In this document: in pieces, positions 27,354 to 36,257 of the stretch
How the letters are laid out: each line of letters starts with the position of its first letter
Position numbering within the stretch: position 1 is the first letter of the stretch
Origin: Capsulimonadaceae bacterium
GTDB taxonomy: Bacteria; Armatimonadota; Armatimonadia; Armatimonadales; Capsulimonadaceae
Length of the DNA: 64,000 bases
NCBI GenBank assembly: GCA_965215505.1
Contig: OZ244065.1
Coordinates: forward strand, 1,504,001 to 1,568,000
Direction: 5' to 3'
Notes under the pieces: generated by a model
Told to the model about the DNA's origin: nothing
What the model saw: the letters and a program-made list of their open reading frames with translations, nothing else
Database searches by the model: none
Position numbers and translations under genes: made by a program

Positions 27354-27602
27354 ATGCTGACGACAATCGAGGGTGTCTACAAAGACGGCAGGATCGAGCT
27401 GTCCGAAACTCCGGAAGGCACTGAGGAGAGCCGGGTGCTAGTAACGTTTCTGGAGGGGGGCAAGGCAAATGGCTCCGGTCAAACCGGGAAGGGCCGGATG
27501 ATCACGTTCGGGATGTTCCCCGGCCTCAACGGAGTGACGGACGAGGATTTCAAGGCCGCCGAGTTCCACGGCGACGCTGACGACGGACTGGATTGGCCGT
27601 GA
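27354..27602 (+). CDS. small DUF104/AF2212-like antitoxin-type protein
   Basis: MLTTIEGVYKDGRIEL N-terminus; GGAGGT RBS; no toxin gene follows. Confidence 0.6.
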   Translation: MLTTIEGVYKDGRIELSETPEGTEESRVLVTFLEGGKANGSGQTGKGRMITFGMFPGLNGVTDEDFKAAEFHGDADDGLDWP

Positions 27603-27640
27603 CCGCATTGTTGGAAGCATCGCCCTCCCGTATAGAAAGC

Positions 27641-27678
27641 AGAAGCCGCCGCCTCATTATGAGGCGGCGGCTTCTTTT
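27641..27678. terminator. intrinsic terminator, probably bidirectional
   Basis: 16-bp stem AGAAGCCGCCGCCTCA/TGAGGCGGCGGCTTCT plus T run, between convergent genes. Confidence 0.85.
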
Positions 27679-27681
27679 AAG

Positions 27682-27753
27682 AGCGGGCGACCAGGCTCGA
27701 ACTGGCGACATTCTCGTTGGCAACGAGACATTCTACCACTGAATTACACCCGC
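27682..27753 (-). tRNA. tRNA-Gly(GCC)
   Basis: Cloverleaf GCGGGTG/CGCCCGC, anticodon loop TT-GCC-AA, TTCGAG T-loop, U73; CCA not encoded. Confidence 0.95.
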
Positions 27754-27788
27754 AACGGTGAGGAAGAGCAGAAGTGGTTACGAGGATG

Positions 27789-27818
27789 ATTATGCACCAA
27801 GCGATGCCGGTTTGTCAA
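27789..27818 (-). promoter_or_regulatory. sigma70 promoter of tRNA-Gly
   Basis: TTGACA-18 bp-CATAAT. Confidence 0.7.
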
Positions 27819-27848
27819 CAGGTTTGAGGCGAAACCGCAAAAAATAGA

Positions 27849-27922
27849 TGCCTTCCATCGGATTCGAACCGACACTGTATGCGGCCTAAACGCATTCTCT
27901 CTACCAATTGGAGTAGGAAGGC
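27849..27922 (-). tRNA. tRNA-Leu(TAG) with a short variable loop
   Basis: GCCTTCC/GGAAGGC acceptor stem, ATGCG-TT TAG GC-CGCAT anticodon arm, 5-nt variable loop, GGTTCGAATCC T arm, A73. Confidence 0.9.
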
Positions 27923-27938
27923 CCGTCTGGCGAGAGTC

Positions 27939-27968
27939 AGTATATCCGAGCCGCCGCCGGATTGTCAA
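27939..27968 (-). promoter_or_regulatory. sigma70 promoter of tRNA-Leu
   Basis: TTGACA-18 bp-TATACT. Confidence 0.75.
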
Positions 27969-28027
27969 GCCTCGCCCACAGGAAGCAACGTCAGGGGGAA
28001 GAAGGCGGGGGAAAGGACAAGGCAGGA

Positions 28028-28051
28028 GGGCGCGGCAAGCAGCGCCCCTAT
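28028..28051 (-). repeat. REP-like palindrome (ATAG variant)
   Basis: Minus strand ATAG-GGGCGC-tgcttgcc-GCGCCC. Confidence 0.5.
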
Positions 28052-28261
28052 GGTCACGCCGACCTCCTGCCCTCTTCTGTCCCCTGGACAGGTCAGGCCG
28101 CAGCGAGTGATTTCCAATCACTGGTCCTATCTCCTGCCGCCCCCAACGCGAGTAAGAACCCCTCCCGTCAGGTATAATGACGCAGGAATGCGGACGCCGC
28201 CCGGCGAAAGGGGCGGCGATCCTCTCCCCTTACTTCTGACAAGGAGCACGTTTTCATTCTC

Positions 28262-28948
28262 ATGGCTGAACAAGACGACCCCACCCGAGATAATTCCTTC
28301 GAGGCCGCGAACGCGATCCCCGGCATCGGCGACAACATGGACGATGACGACGACATGCGCGAGCGCACGCCGATTGACCTGGATGCCCCCGTCGAGTCAA
28401 CCCCCACCCCGGTCGCGGCACAGACGCCGCCGCCCACGAACGGCACCGCGAACGGTGCGGTGACTCTCGAATCCGGCGGGCCGACGGTCAGCTCGAAGGA
28501 AGTGGAAGAGCTGAAGGACAAGGCGAAGCAGGCTAACGACAACTATTTGCGCGCCATGGCCGACTTGCAGAACTTCCGTCGGCGCGGCGAGGAGGAGCGA
28601 GTCCGCATCATCCGGGACGCCAACGAGCGGCTCATCAAGGAGATGCTGCCGGTCCTGGACGACTTCGACCTCGCGCTGGACGCCGCCCGCAAGACGGAGA
28701 GCTACGAACAGCTCATCGGCGGCGTCAGCGCCATCCTGCGGAAGTTCTCGGAGACGCTGGGCAAGCAGGGCGTCCAGCCCATCCCCGCCGTCGGCGAGCC
28801 GTTCAACGCCGAGGTGCATGAGGCGGTCATGCTCGACGAGGAGAGCGAGGAGCCGGACGAGACGGTGACCGCCGAACTCCGCAAGGGCTACACGCTGCAC
28901 GACCGGGTGATCCGCCCGTCTCTGGTCAAAGTGGCGAAAAAGGGCTAA
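28262..28948 (+). CDS. grpE: nucleotide exchange factor GrpE
   Basis: YLRAMADLQNFRRR, LPVLDDF, GEPFNAEVHEAV, KGYTLHDRVIRPSLVKV; AAGGAG RBS; TATAAT at 28173. Confidence 0.95.
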   Translation: MAEQDDPTRDNSFEAANAIPGIGDNMDDDDDMRERTPIDLDAPVESTPTPVAAQTPPPTNGTANGAVTLESGGPTVSSKEVEELKDKAKQANDNYLRAMADLQNFRRRGEEERVRIIRDANERLIKEMLPVLDDFDLALDAARKTESYEQLIGGVSAILRKFSETLGKQGVQPIPAVGEPFNAEVHEAVMLDEESEEPDETVTAELRKGYTLHDRVIRPSLVKVAKKG

Positions 28949-28969
28949 AAGAAGGGGCGAGAGTCGAGC

Positions 28970-29953
28970 ATGAACGGGCAGCGGCTCCGGCCCCTGGGGC
29001 TGGGTGACATCTTTGATGAGGGGTTCGACTTGTACAAGCGCAACTTCGTGTTTCTGCTGCTGGTCACGGCCCTCAGCGTCGTCCCGCTCGACATCGGGCT
29101 GGCGTTCGCCACGCCGCACCTGCTGCCCGCCGTCTTCGACCTGTTCGGCATCACGGCTAATTCGGACGCCTCCGGGATCTGGCTGGCGGTCTTCGCGACC
29201 AAGCTGACGCTGTTCCTGCCGCTGTTTCTGCTCGCCGTTGCGCCCCTGACTGCCGCCGCCTCTGGGCGGTATCTGGAGCGGGAGGCGACGCTCTGGTCGG
29301 TCTACCGGCTCTGGCTGCGCCGCCTGCCGGTCCTCCTGCCCGCGCTCCTGCTGACCGGCCTGGCCCTGGCTCTGGGCCTGCTCCTCTGCGGCGTCCTCTG
29401 GTTCGTGCCGGCCACTCAGCTCTTTTTCGTCCTCCAGGCCGCCATGGTCGAGGGGAAGGGGCCTGGCAGAGCCTTGGGCCGGTCGAACGGCCTGGTGAGC
29501 GGGTTCGGGGGCCGGGTCTTCAACTGCCTGCTGATGCTGGGCCTCATCGCCTGGGTCATCAGCCTGGGTGTCACTTTCCCCCTGGGCTACCTCGTGAGCA
29601 GCGTCCTGCACATCACGCCTGGCGCGTCGAGCCTCTACGGGGGGGCGGCCGCCGTCGGGCACACGGCGGAGGAGCAGGTCGTGACTCTGATCACGAGCGG
29701 CCTGGCCCACCTCGTCCTGATCCCGTTCCTCGTGTGCGTGATGACCGTCCTCTATTACGACCTGCGAATCCGCAAGGAAGGCCTGGACATCGAGATGCTG
29801 GCCGACGAGCTGCGCTACCCGCCGCTGGCCGCGCTCGGCCCGTTCCTGCCGCCCGCGCCCGTCTTCGGCCCGATGCGCCCTGGGATGCCGCCCGCCTATG
29901 TCCAGGCCCGCCCCGGAGTGCCGCCGCCCTCTTACGGGGGGCCGCCGCGTTGA
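28970..29953 (+). CDS. membrane protein of the MoxR-associated operon (GDPD membrane-domain-like)
   Basis: LRPLGLGDIFD start, YYDLRIRKEGLD end, several TM helices. Confidence 0.75.
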   Translation: MNGQRLRPLGLGDIFDEGFDLYKRNFVFLLLVTALSVVPLDIGLAFATPHLLPAVFDLFGITANSDASGIWLAVFATKLTLFLPLFLLAVAPLTAAASGRYLEREATLWSVYRLWLRRLPVLLPALLLTGLALALGLLLCGVLWFVPATQLFFVLQAAMVEGKGPGRALGRSNGLVSGFGGRVFNCLLMLGLIAWVISLGVTFPLGYLVSSVLHITPGASSLYGGAAAVGHTAEEQVVTLITSGLAHLVLIPFLVCVMTVLYYDLRIRKEGLDIEMLADELRYPPLAALGPFLPPAPVFGPMRPGMPPAYVQARPGVPPPSYGGPPR

Positions 29954-31005
29954 CCCTCTTCTCGCGGACGGCGCTCGTCCTTTTCCTCTCCGTCCTTGCC
30001 CTGCGGGCGACGGCGGCGACGCCCCAGCAGTACGACGCCGCGCTGGCTCAGGTGCAGGCCGCCCTGGTCAGCCAGGCGCAGGCGATCAGCGCCGACGAGG
30101 TGCCGCCGGGCGACGCGCCCTCCGTGCTAGCCCAGCGGACATTGGGGCCGATCCACAGCATCGAGCCGCCCGGCAGCGCGCCAGTCCCCGTGGACGCCTC
30201 ACGGCTCATCGCCGCCATCCAGGCCGCCGAGGCGGTGAAGAACCCGGACGCCAAGGCGGACGCGCTGGCCGCCGTCGGCGGGCAGATCGGGACACTGCGC
30301 GCCGCCCAGACGCGCCTGCGCTCAGGCGCGGACCCCGGCGCGGCGGAGCGGGCCGCCCGCACCGTCCTGGCCCGGCCCGAGTTCGGCTCCGAGCTGCCGC
30401 CGCCGCCCTCGATGGCCGAGCGCATCGCCACCTGGCTGGACCACATCCACTGGCCTCACGCCTCGGGTTCCTCCAACTTCAGCGGGCCGAATGTCAACCC
30501 AAAGGTCATCCTGGGCATCCTGATTGCCATCGCGGCGGGCGCGTTCGCCATCCTCGTCGCCCTCATCGTGCAGGCCATCGGGCGGCGCACCGCACGTTCC
30601 AAGCCGCTCGCGCTGGACGAGGAAGAGGCCGTGTTGGTGGAGGCCCGCGACAACGACAGCCTGCTCGGCCTGGCCGAACAGCAGGCCAAAAACGGCGACT
30701 ACCGCCGCGCCTTCCGCCTGGTCTATCTCGCCGCCCTGGTCGCGCTCGACACCGGCGGCGTCCTGCGCTTTGACCGGTCCAAGACCAACTGGGAATACCT
30801 GCGCGCCCTGCGCGCGGCGGGGCGTGGCGACATCTACGCGGCCCTGACGCCGCTGACGCGCGAGTTCGACCAGGTCTGGTACGGGTTCGGCCGGACCGAC
30901 GCCTCGCACTACGCCCGCGCCCTGGCGCAGTACCAGGCTTTGCTGGCCGCCCCCCAGGCGGCGGCACCTCAAGCGGCGACAGCGGGCCAGGGGGCGAAGG
31001 GCTGA
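29950..31005 (+). CDS. DUF4129 domain protein
   Basis: TTG start overlapping the upstream TGA; GDYRRAFRLVY, KTNWEY, FDQVWYG. Confidence 0.8.
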   Translation: MTLFSRTALVLFLSVLALRATAATPQQYDAALAQVQAALVSQAQAISADEVPPGDAPSVLAQRTLGPIHSIEPPGSAPVPVDASRLIAAIQAAEAVKNPDAKADALAAVGGQIGTLRAAQTRLRSGADPGAAERAARTVLARPEFGSELPPPPSMAERIATWLDHIHWPHASGSSNFSGPNVNPKVILGILIAIAAGAFAILVALIVQAIGRRTARSKPLALDEEEAVLVEARDNDSLLGLAEQQAKNGDYRRAFRLVYLAALVALDTGGVLRFDRSKTNWEYLRALRAAGRGDIYAALTPLTREFDQVWYGFGRTDASHYARALAQYQALLAAPQAAAPQAATAGQGAKG

Positions 31006-32297
31006 TGCGCCGCTCCCGTGACCTCATCGCCGTCCTTTTCCTGCTCGCCCTGTTCGTCGTCGGCGGCCTGCTGCTGGGCGGGCGCGGCGCGGCCCCCCGG
31101 CGCACCATCGGCGCGGAACTGAACCCCGACCCCTCCGTCACGAACGACCGCGCCTCCGGCAGCAAGGGCGTGTACGAGTGGACGGCCCGGCTCGGCTACC
31201 AGCCGGCCATCTTGCGTCAGGGCTGGTCGCACCTGTCGCCGACCGAGCCGGGCGTCCTGCTGGTGATAGACCCGCAGGTCCAGGACGCGGTCATCTCGAT
31301 CACCGGGAACGGCCAGGGCGGCGGCGACCCGACGCGGCTGGCCGCCGGTGACGCCGCCCTCCTGCGCCGCTGGCTGGCCTCGGACCAGGGACACACTGCC
31401 ATCCTCCTGACCTCGCGGCTGCCCAGCGGCAAGAGCGGGCCGGGCGGCTCGCCGCCCCCGGCGGGCGGCGGCAGCAGTTTCGCGGACGCCCTGGACCTCG
31501 TCGCCGAGTCGGCCTCGCCCGCCACCGGCCGGACCGAGTTCCCGCCCTTGCAGCCCACCGCCGACACGCAGGGGGTGATCAGCCTGCACAGCACGGCGGG
31601 TGCGCGCCTCAGCCGGGCGCGGCCCGACGGACTGGCCCTCTTCGGCGACGGGGCGGGTCCGCTGGCCCTGGAGATCCCGGTCGGCAAGGGCCGGCTCATC
31701 GCCGTCGCCGATGCCGGACTGTTCTCCAACGCCGGCCTCGCCCGGTCGGAGAACGCCGTCTTCCTGGCCGACCTGCTGGCACACTATGGCCGTCCGGGCG
31801 GCGCGGTCCTGTTCGACGAGTACCACCACGGCGACGTGGCGGACAACCCCGGCGGCTCGGTCTGGGAGGCCCTGGGGCGGCCCCTGCAACTGGCCTTGAT
31901 CCAGGTCCTCCTGGCGGGCCTCTGCCTGATGGTCCTGCTGGGCGGGCGGTTCGGGCCGCCCGTCCCGACGGGGCGGGACATGGCCCGGTCGTCCGCCGAC
32001 TACGTCGCCTCGCTCGCCAGCCTGTACCGCCGCGCCGAGGCGTCCGGGACCGCCCTGGAGACGCTCTACCGCCAGTTCCTCCGGGACGTCTGCGGGCGGC
32101 TGGCCCTGCCGCCGGACGTGAACCTGGAGCGGCTGGCCGACGTCGCCGCCCGGCGCGGGCAGGTGAACAAGGAGAAGTTCCGCCGCCTGCTGGCGACCTG
32201 CGAGATGCGGCTGGACGCGGGGAAAGTGACCGAGGCCGAACTGCTGGACCTGACCCGGCAGATGGAGAGTATCAGAAAGGAAATCGGCATTGCCTGA
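31005..32297 (+). CDS. DUF4350 domain protein
   Basis: GKGRLIAVAD, FSNAGL, VLFDEYHHG, RFGPP, YVASLASLYRRA; operon context. Confidence 0.8.
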   Translation: MRRSRDLIAVLFLLALFVVGGLLLGGRGAAPRRTIGAELNPDPSVTNDRASGSKGVYEWTARLGYQPAILRQGWSHLSPTEPGVLLVIDPQVQDAVISITGNGQGGGDPTRLAAGDAALLRRWLASDQGHTAILLTSRLPSGKSGPGGSPPPAGGGSSFADALDLVAESASPATGRTEFPPLQPTADTQGVISLHSTAGARLSRARPDGLALFGDGAGPLALEIPVGKGRLIAVADAGLFSNAGLARSENAVFLADLLAHYGRPGGAVLFDEYHHGDVADNPGGSVWEALGRPLQLALIQVLLAGLCLMVLLGGRFGPPVPTGRDMARSSADYVASLASLYRRAEASGTALETLYRQFLRDVCGRLALPPDVNLERLADVAARRGQVNKEKFRRLLATCEMRLDAGKVTEAELLDLTRQMESIRKEIGIA

Positions 32298-32304
32298 AGA
32301 TTTC

Positions 32305-33429
32305 ATGCCCGACGAGACGACAAGAACCCAGACACAGCCGACTCAACAGCAGACGCAGGAGCCGAACGCGCCGCGTGCCCCAGAGGCCGCGCAGCCCTCC
32401 TGGGGGGCATCGCCTTCGGTGAACTTCTTCACCCCGCCTCCCGTCGAGACGCCCCTGACTCCCTCCTACCAGGCAGCGGGCGGTGAGGTGCAGCGGGTGG
32501 CCCAGGCCATCACCGCCGAGGTCCACAAGGCCGTCGTCGGCCAGGACGAGACCATCGAGAACGCCCTCGCCGGGCTGCTGGCCGATGGCCACATCCTGCT
32601 CGAAGGCGTGCCGGGGACGGCCAAAACGCTGCTCGTCCGCGCGCTGGCCGCCGCCATCTCGGGCGAGTTCAAGCGAATCCAGTTCACGCCGGACCTGATG
32701 CCCTCGGACATCACGGGCACGCGCATCTTCGACCAGCAGGCGATGGAGTTCGTCTTCAAGCCCGGCCCGCTGTTCACCGGCCTGCTGCTGGCCGACGAGA
32801 TCAACCGGACGCCGCCCAAGACGCAGGCGGCCCTGCTGGAAGCGATGCAGGAGCATCGGGTCACGGTGGACGGCGAGACGCACGACCTGCCCGCCGTGTT
32901 CATGGTCTTCGCCACCCAGAACCCCATCGAGTTTGAAGGCACTTACCCGCTGCCCGAGGCCCAATTAGACCGGTTCCTGCTGAAGATCCTGGTCGCCTAC
33001 CCGCCGCTCGAAGCCGAGCAGATGGTCCTGCGCCGCTACCACGAGGGCTTCGACGCCAACGACCTGCACTCCGTCGGCATCCGGCCCGTCGCCGACGCCG
33101 AGACGATCCAGCGCTGCCGCGCTCTGATCAAGAAGGTCCGGGTCGAGGAAACGATGTTCCAATACATCACGCGCCTCGTCGCAGCCACGCGCGACCACCG
33201 GCAGCTCGTCCTGGGGGCCAGCCCGCGCGCCTCCATCGCCCTGCTCGGGGTTGGCAAGGCGCTGGCCGCCATGCGGGGCCGCGACTTCCTGATCCCCGAC
33301 GACGTCAAGGCTATCGCCCCCGCTACCCTGCGCCACCGGCTGCTGCTGCGGCCCGAGGCCGAGATCGAGGGCGTCAGCGCCGACCGGGTCATCGAGAACA
33401 TCCTGGACGGTCTGGAAGTGCCGCGCTGA
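32305..33429 (+). CDS. moxR: MoxR-family AAA+ ATPase
   Basis: GHILLEGVPGTAKT, RIQFTPDLMPSD, DEINRTPPKTQAALLEAM, ATQNPIEFEGTYPLPEAQLDRF. Confidence 0.95.
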   Translation: MPDETTRTQTQPTQQQTQEPNAPRAPEAAQPSWGASPSVNFFTPPPVETPLTPSYQAAGGEVQRVAQAITAEVHKAVVGQDETIENALAGLLADGHILLEGVPGTAKTLLVRALAAAISGEFKRIQFTPDLMPSDITGTRIFDQQAMEFVFKPGPLFTGLLLADEINRTPPKTQAALLEAMQEHRVTVDGETHDLPAVFMVFATQNPIEFEGTYPLPEAQLDRFLLKILVAYPPLEAEQMVLRRYHEGFDANDLHSVGIRPVADAETIQRCRALIKKVRVEETMFQYITRLVAATRDHRQLVLGASPRASIALLGVGKALAAMRGRDFLIPDDVKAIAPATLRHRLLLRPEAEIEGVSADRVIENILDGLEVPR

Positions 33430-33469
33430 CAAGTGCCACGCCCAGGGCGCGGCGGAAAAGAGTGTCCGA

Positions 33470-34339
33470 GTGAAATTCCACATCGCCCATATGACGCGCT
33501 ACGAATACGACGCCCCGCTCCTGGGCGAGTGCTTCATGGAGGCACGGCTGCGCCCGCTCACCGTGCCCGGCGAGCAGGTCTGCCGCGAGTACGCGATCAC
33601 AACCGACCCGCCGGTCCCGGTCTTCGGCTACGACCAGCTCCACCAAATGGGCCTGGTCAACCACTTCGTCCTGCGCGGTGCCCCGCACCAGTCCCTGACC
33701 ATCCAGGCCGAGTCCACGGTGGAGACCCTGCGCGACAACCCGTTCGAGGGCCTGAACCTACTGGCCGAGGACTGGCCGATGCTGGCCGACCCCGCCCTGC
33801 ACGAGCAGTTCGCCGAGTTCCTAGCCCCCACCCCCCAGGTCCCCCTCTACGGGACCTGGAGCGGCCCCGAGCCGCTGCCCGGCGTCCTGGCCTACGCCCA
33901 GGCGCTCTCGGACGAGATCTACACCCAGTTCGAGTATGTGCCCGGCTCAACGGACATCACGACGCCGCTGGCCGAGTTCATCGCCGGTCGGCGCGGCGTC
34001 TGCCAGGACTACGCCCACCTGATGCTCGCCGCCGCCCGTTCGCGCGGCGTCCCCGCCCGCTACGTCAGCGGGTACATCTACGCGGGCGCGGAGGACGGCA
34101 CGAACGGGGCGGGCGCGACCCACGCCTGGGTCGAGCTGTACCTGCCCCACGCTCAGGACTGGAAGGGCTTCGACCCGACCAACAACATCCTCGTCGCCGA
34201 CCGCCACATCAAGGTAGCAGTGGGCCGCGACTACTCCGACGTGCCGCCGACCAAGGGCCTCGTGCGGGCCGCGATGGGGAGTACCCTCCCGTCGGCGACG
34301 GCGCTAAAGGTTGAGGTGCGTGTGGAGAAGATGGAATAG
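33470..34339 (+). CDS. transglutaminase family protein
   Basis: N-terminal HMTRYEY domain; catalytic triad GVCQDYAH, HAW, FDPTN. Confidence 0.9.
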   Translation: MKFHIAHMTRYEYDAPLLGECFMEARLRPLTVPGEQVCREYAITTDPPVPVFGYDQLHQMGLVNHFVLRGAPHQSLTIQAESTVETLRDNPFEGLNLLAEDWPMLADPALHEQFAEFLAPTPQVPLYGTWSGPEPLPGVLAYAQALSDEIYTQFEYVPGSTDITTPLAEFIAGRRGVCQDYAHLMLAAARSRGVPARYVSGYIYAGAEDGTNGAGATHAWVELYLPHAQDWKGFDPTNNILVADRHIKVAVGRDYSDVPPTKGLVRAAMGSTLPSATALKVEVRVEKME

Positions 34340-34370
34340 CAGACGGCCCGAATTAGGAGGAGACACGGAC

Positions 34371-34961
34371 GTGACTGAGGCAGAGACACGAATCCAGCAG
34401 GAACTCGTCGCCATCGTGGATGTTCTCAGCGAACTGACGGGGCTAACGTCTCGGTGGAGCGGCGAGGTCGAACTGACACAGGACCCACGGGTTTTGGGCC
34501 GCAAACCGTTCACCTGCCGTATTGTCTTGAACGAGCGCCTGGCTGACCAACCTGTGCGCTGGCGGACACTGATACATGAGGCACTACACTCGTTCTCAGC
34601 CGGGTATAACATGACTGACTACCAAGCGTTCCTCGGCTGGGAGGAAGGCGTCGTTGAACAGACTCAGCGGCTGCTCCGCCCCACTATCCTGAAAAGGCTT
34701 GGGCTTCAGATAGACGGGGCAGTCTTCGAGCCGGTCGAGACGGCTTATTCGTTCAACAAGTACATAGGAGCGCTAGAACGGCTGCGCGGCGCTTTGCAGC
34801 GCGCGGATGAACTGGCGTTCTATATCGGCCTTCTCGCCACGCAGATCAAGCAGAGGCATAACCTTCTATTCGGTGCGGGCAACCGCCTCCCGAGCAAACA
34901 GCGTGTCGTGTTCATCACCATCTTCTCGGAAGCAAATTCTGTGTTAAAAGAGGCTCCTTAA
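34371..34961 (+). CDS. putative zincin metallopeptidase (HExxH...E)
   Basis: TLIHEALH followed by WEEGVVE; AGGAGG RBS before GTG; lower GC than the flanks. Confidence 0.65.
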   Translation: MTEAETRIQQELVAIVDVLSELTGLTSRWSGEVELTQDPRVLGRKPFTCRIVLNERLADQPVRWRTLIHEALHSFSAGYNMTDYQAFLGWEEGVVEQTQRLLRPTILKRLGLQIDGAVFEPVETAYSFNKYIGALERLRGALQRADELAFYIGLLATQIKQRHNLLFGAGNRLPSKQRVVFITIFSEANSVLKEAP

Positions 34962-35194
34962 TGAACTATACTGAACACCCCGAGCGCGAGCGTATATTAG
35001 ATCAGGCACTCAGAGCTAGAACGCTCTCCGAGATCGCAACGGCAGCCCGTGAGATGGACCAGTGGGTAGAGGATCATCCTGATGACTTAGGCATTTTGGA
35101 CGCCTACGAGGTGCTGGCGAACATGCAGGAGATCGCCGAGTTCCAGCAACAGGAGGAGATGAGCCACCGACCTCTTGCTGGGGCAGTTGCCTAA
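34961..35194 (+). CDS. small acidic helical protein, copy 1 (immunity/antitoxin-like)
   Basis: TAATG overlap with the HExxH gene; 36/60 identical residues with 36812..37042. Confidence 0.75.
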   Translation: MNYTEHPERERILDQALRARTLSEIATAAREMDQWVEDHPDDLGILDAYEVLANMQEIAEFQQQEEMSHRPLAGAVA

Positions 35195-35503
35195 GTCAAA
35201 CTCGCCGTCATTTCCGACCGCCACGTCAAGGTCGCCGTTCCCAATTAGAGGTAAGCAGCATGGCGTTAATATCCTGTCCTGACTGTGCAAAAAAAATCAG
35301 TAGCTTTGCTGAATCCTGTCCAAGTTGCGGCTATCCTCTCAAACCGGCATCGTCAACGAACATCCCGAATCACCAGTTGAGGAACTGCCGAGACTGCATA
35401 CAAGGTGAAGCCAAAGACACATGTGGCGAATGCAATGGCAGTGGAACTGAGAACTGTTTTCTTTGTAATGGTGAGGGCATCATTTACAAAGATGGTAGTG
35501 GTT

Positions 35504-35995
35504 TCATGAGTGTTGTTGGCTGGCAGCCACGCCGGGAGCCATGTGCGTGTTGTAGTGGTGCAGGAACAGCCGCAGGCAGTCCTCATGCATCACCTCCGAC
35601 TTGCTGAACGAGAGCGTCTGCCGCACGAACCGGGCGAGGCGCTGCCGCAGCGTGTTGTTGAACCGCTCGATATGATCAGTCTGGCCGCTGCCCTTGCCGC
35701 AGGCGACGTGCTGCCCCTCCGGCACCACCTTCTGGTACGCCCCCCAGAAGTCCGTGAACGTCAGCGCCTGGCGCAGCCGACGCGGGACGCGCTCCCACAG
35801 CAGGCGGCAGGTCCGCACGCCCCGGTCCCCGAGGGCGTAGGCGACGACCTGGCGCGTCCGGCGGCACAGGGCGAGCCACACCCACCGCTTGTTCTTGCGC
35901 CGTGCGACGAACGACCAGAGTTCGTCGAGTTCCAGCACGTCATCGCGTCGGACGGGGGCCAGCGTCTCGGGGAGCGGCGGTAAGTGGCGGGCTTT
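35504..35995 (-). CDS. insB: IS1 InsB-like DDE domain, reached by frameshift at an A8 run
   Basis: LELDELWSFV, TDFWGAY, TDHIERFNNTLRQRLARFVRQTLSFSKS. Confidence 0.85.
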   Translation of the reverse strand, partial: KARHLPPLPETLAPVRRDDVLELDELWSFVARRKNKRWVWLALCRRTRQVVAYALGDRGVRTCRLLWERVPRRLRQALTFTDFWGAYQKVVPEGQHVACGKGSGQTDHIERFNNTLRQRLARFVRQTLSFSKSEVMHEDCLRLFLHHYNTHMAPGVAASQQHS

Positions 35996-36257
35996 TTTTT
36001 AGCCAGCCGCTCAGGGTGTTCCGCCCGATGCCGAAGAGGCGGCAGACCCCGCGCATCGAGGCGCGCTCCTGGTAGGCCGCGAGGGCGCGGGCTTGGGTTT
36101 CCGCGCGCCGGGCGCGACGGCTCGCCTGCTCCTGGGCGTCCTGGAAGGTGCGGCGGCAGTCGTGGCAGCGGTAGCGCTGGCGGTCGGCTTTGTCTTTGCC
36201 GTGGCGGATGACGTTCTGGCTCTGGCAGTGGGCGCAGTGAAGGACTTGGATGACCAT
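35940..36257 (-). CDS. insA: IS1 InsA-like (zinc finger + HTH)
   Basis: CAHC...QRYRCHDC zinc finger, SMRGVCRLFGIGRNTLSGW HTH. Confidence 0.85.
   Translation of the reverse strand: MVIQVLHCAHCQSQNVIRHGKDKADRQRYRCHDCRRTFQDAQEQASRRARRAETQARALAAYQERASMRGVCRLFGIGRNTLSGWLKKSPPLTAAPRDAGPRPTR

Noticed and set aside
27849-27922. tRNA with 'TAG' as an amber suppressor
   Set aside because: TAG is the anticodon (reads CUA/CUG, Leu); a suppressor would need anticodon CTA
27682-27922. tRNA genes as an integration site for a prophage or island
   Set aside because: No integrase gene, and I saw no duplicated tRNA 3' end in the window
27970-28261. CIRCE element or riboswitch upstream of grpE
   Set aside because: No TTAGCACTC-N9-GAGTGCTAA; the hairpins present are explained by a REP-like element
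35494-35607. CACCSGAG motif in the 35260..35607 ORF looking like another DnaJ-type Zn finger
   Set aside because: It lies inside the IS1 boundaries set by the IR and TSD and is the antisense of insB; coincidental
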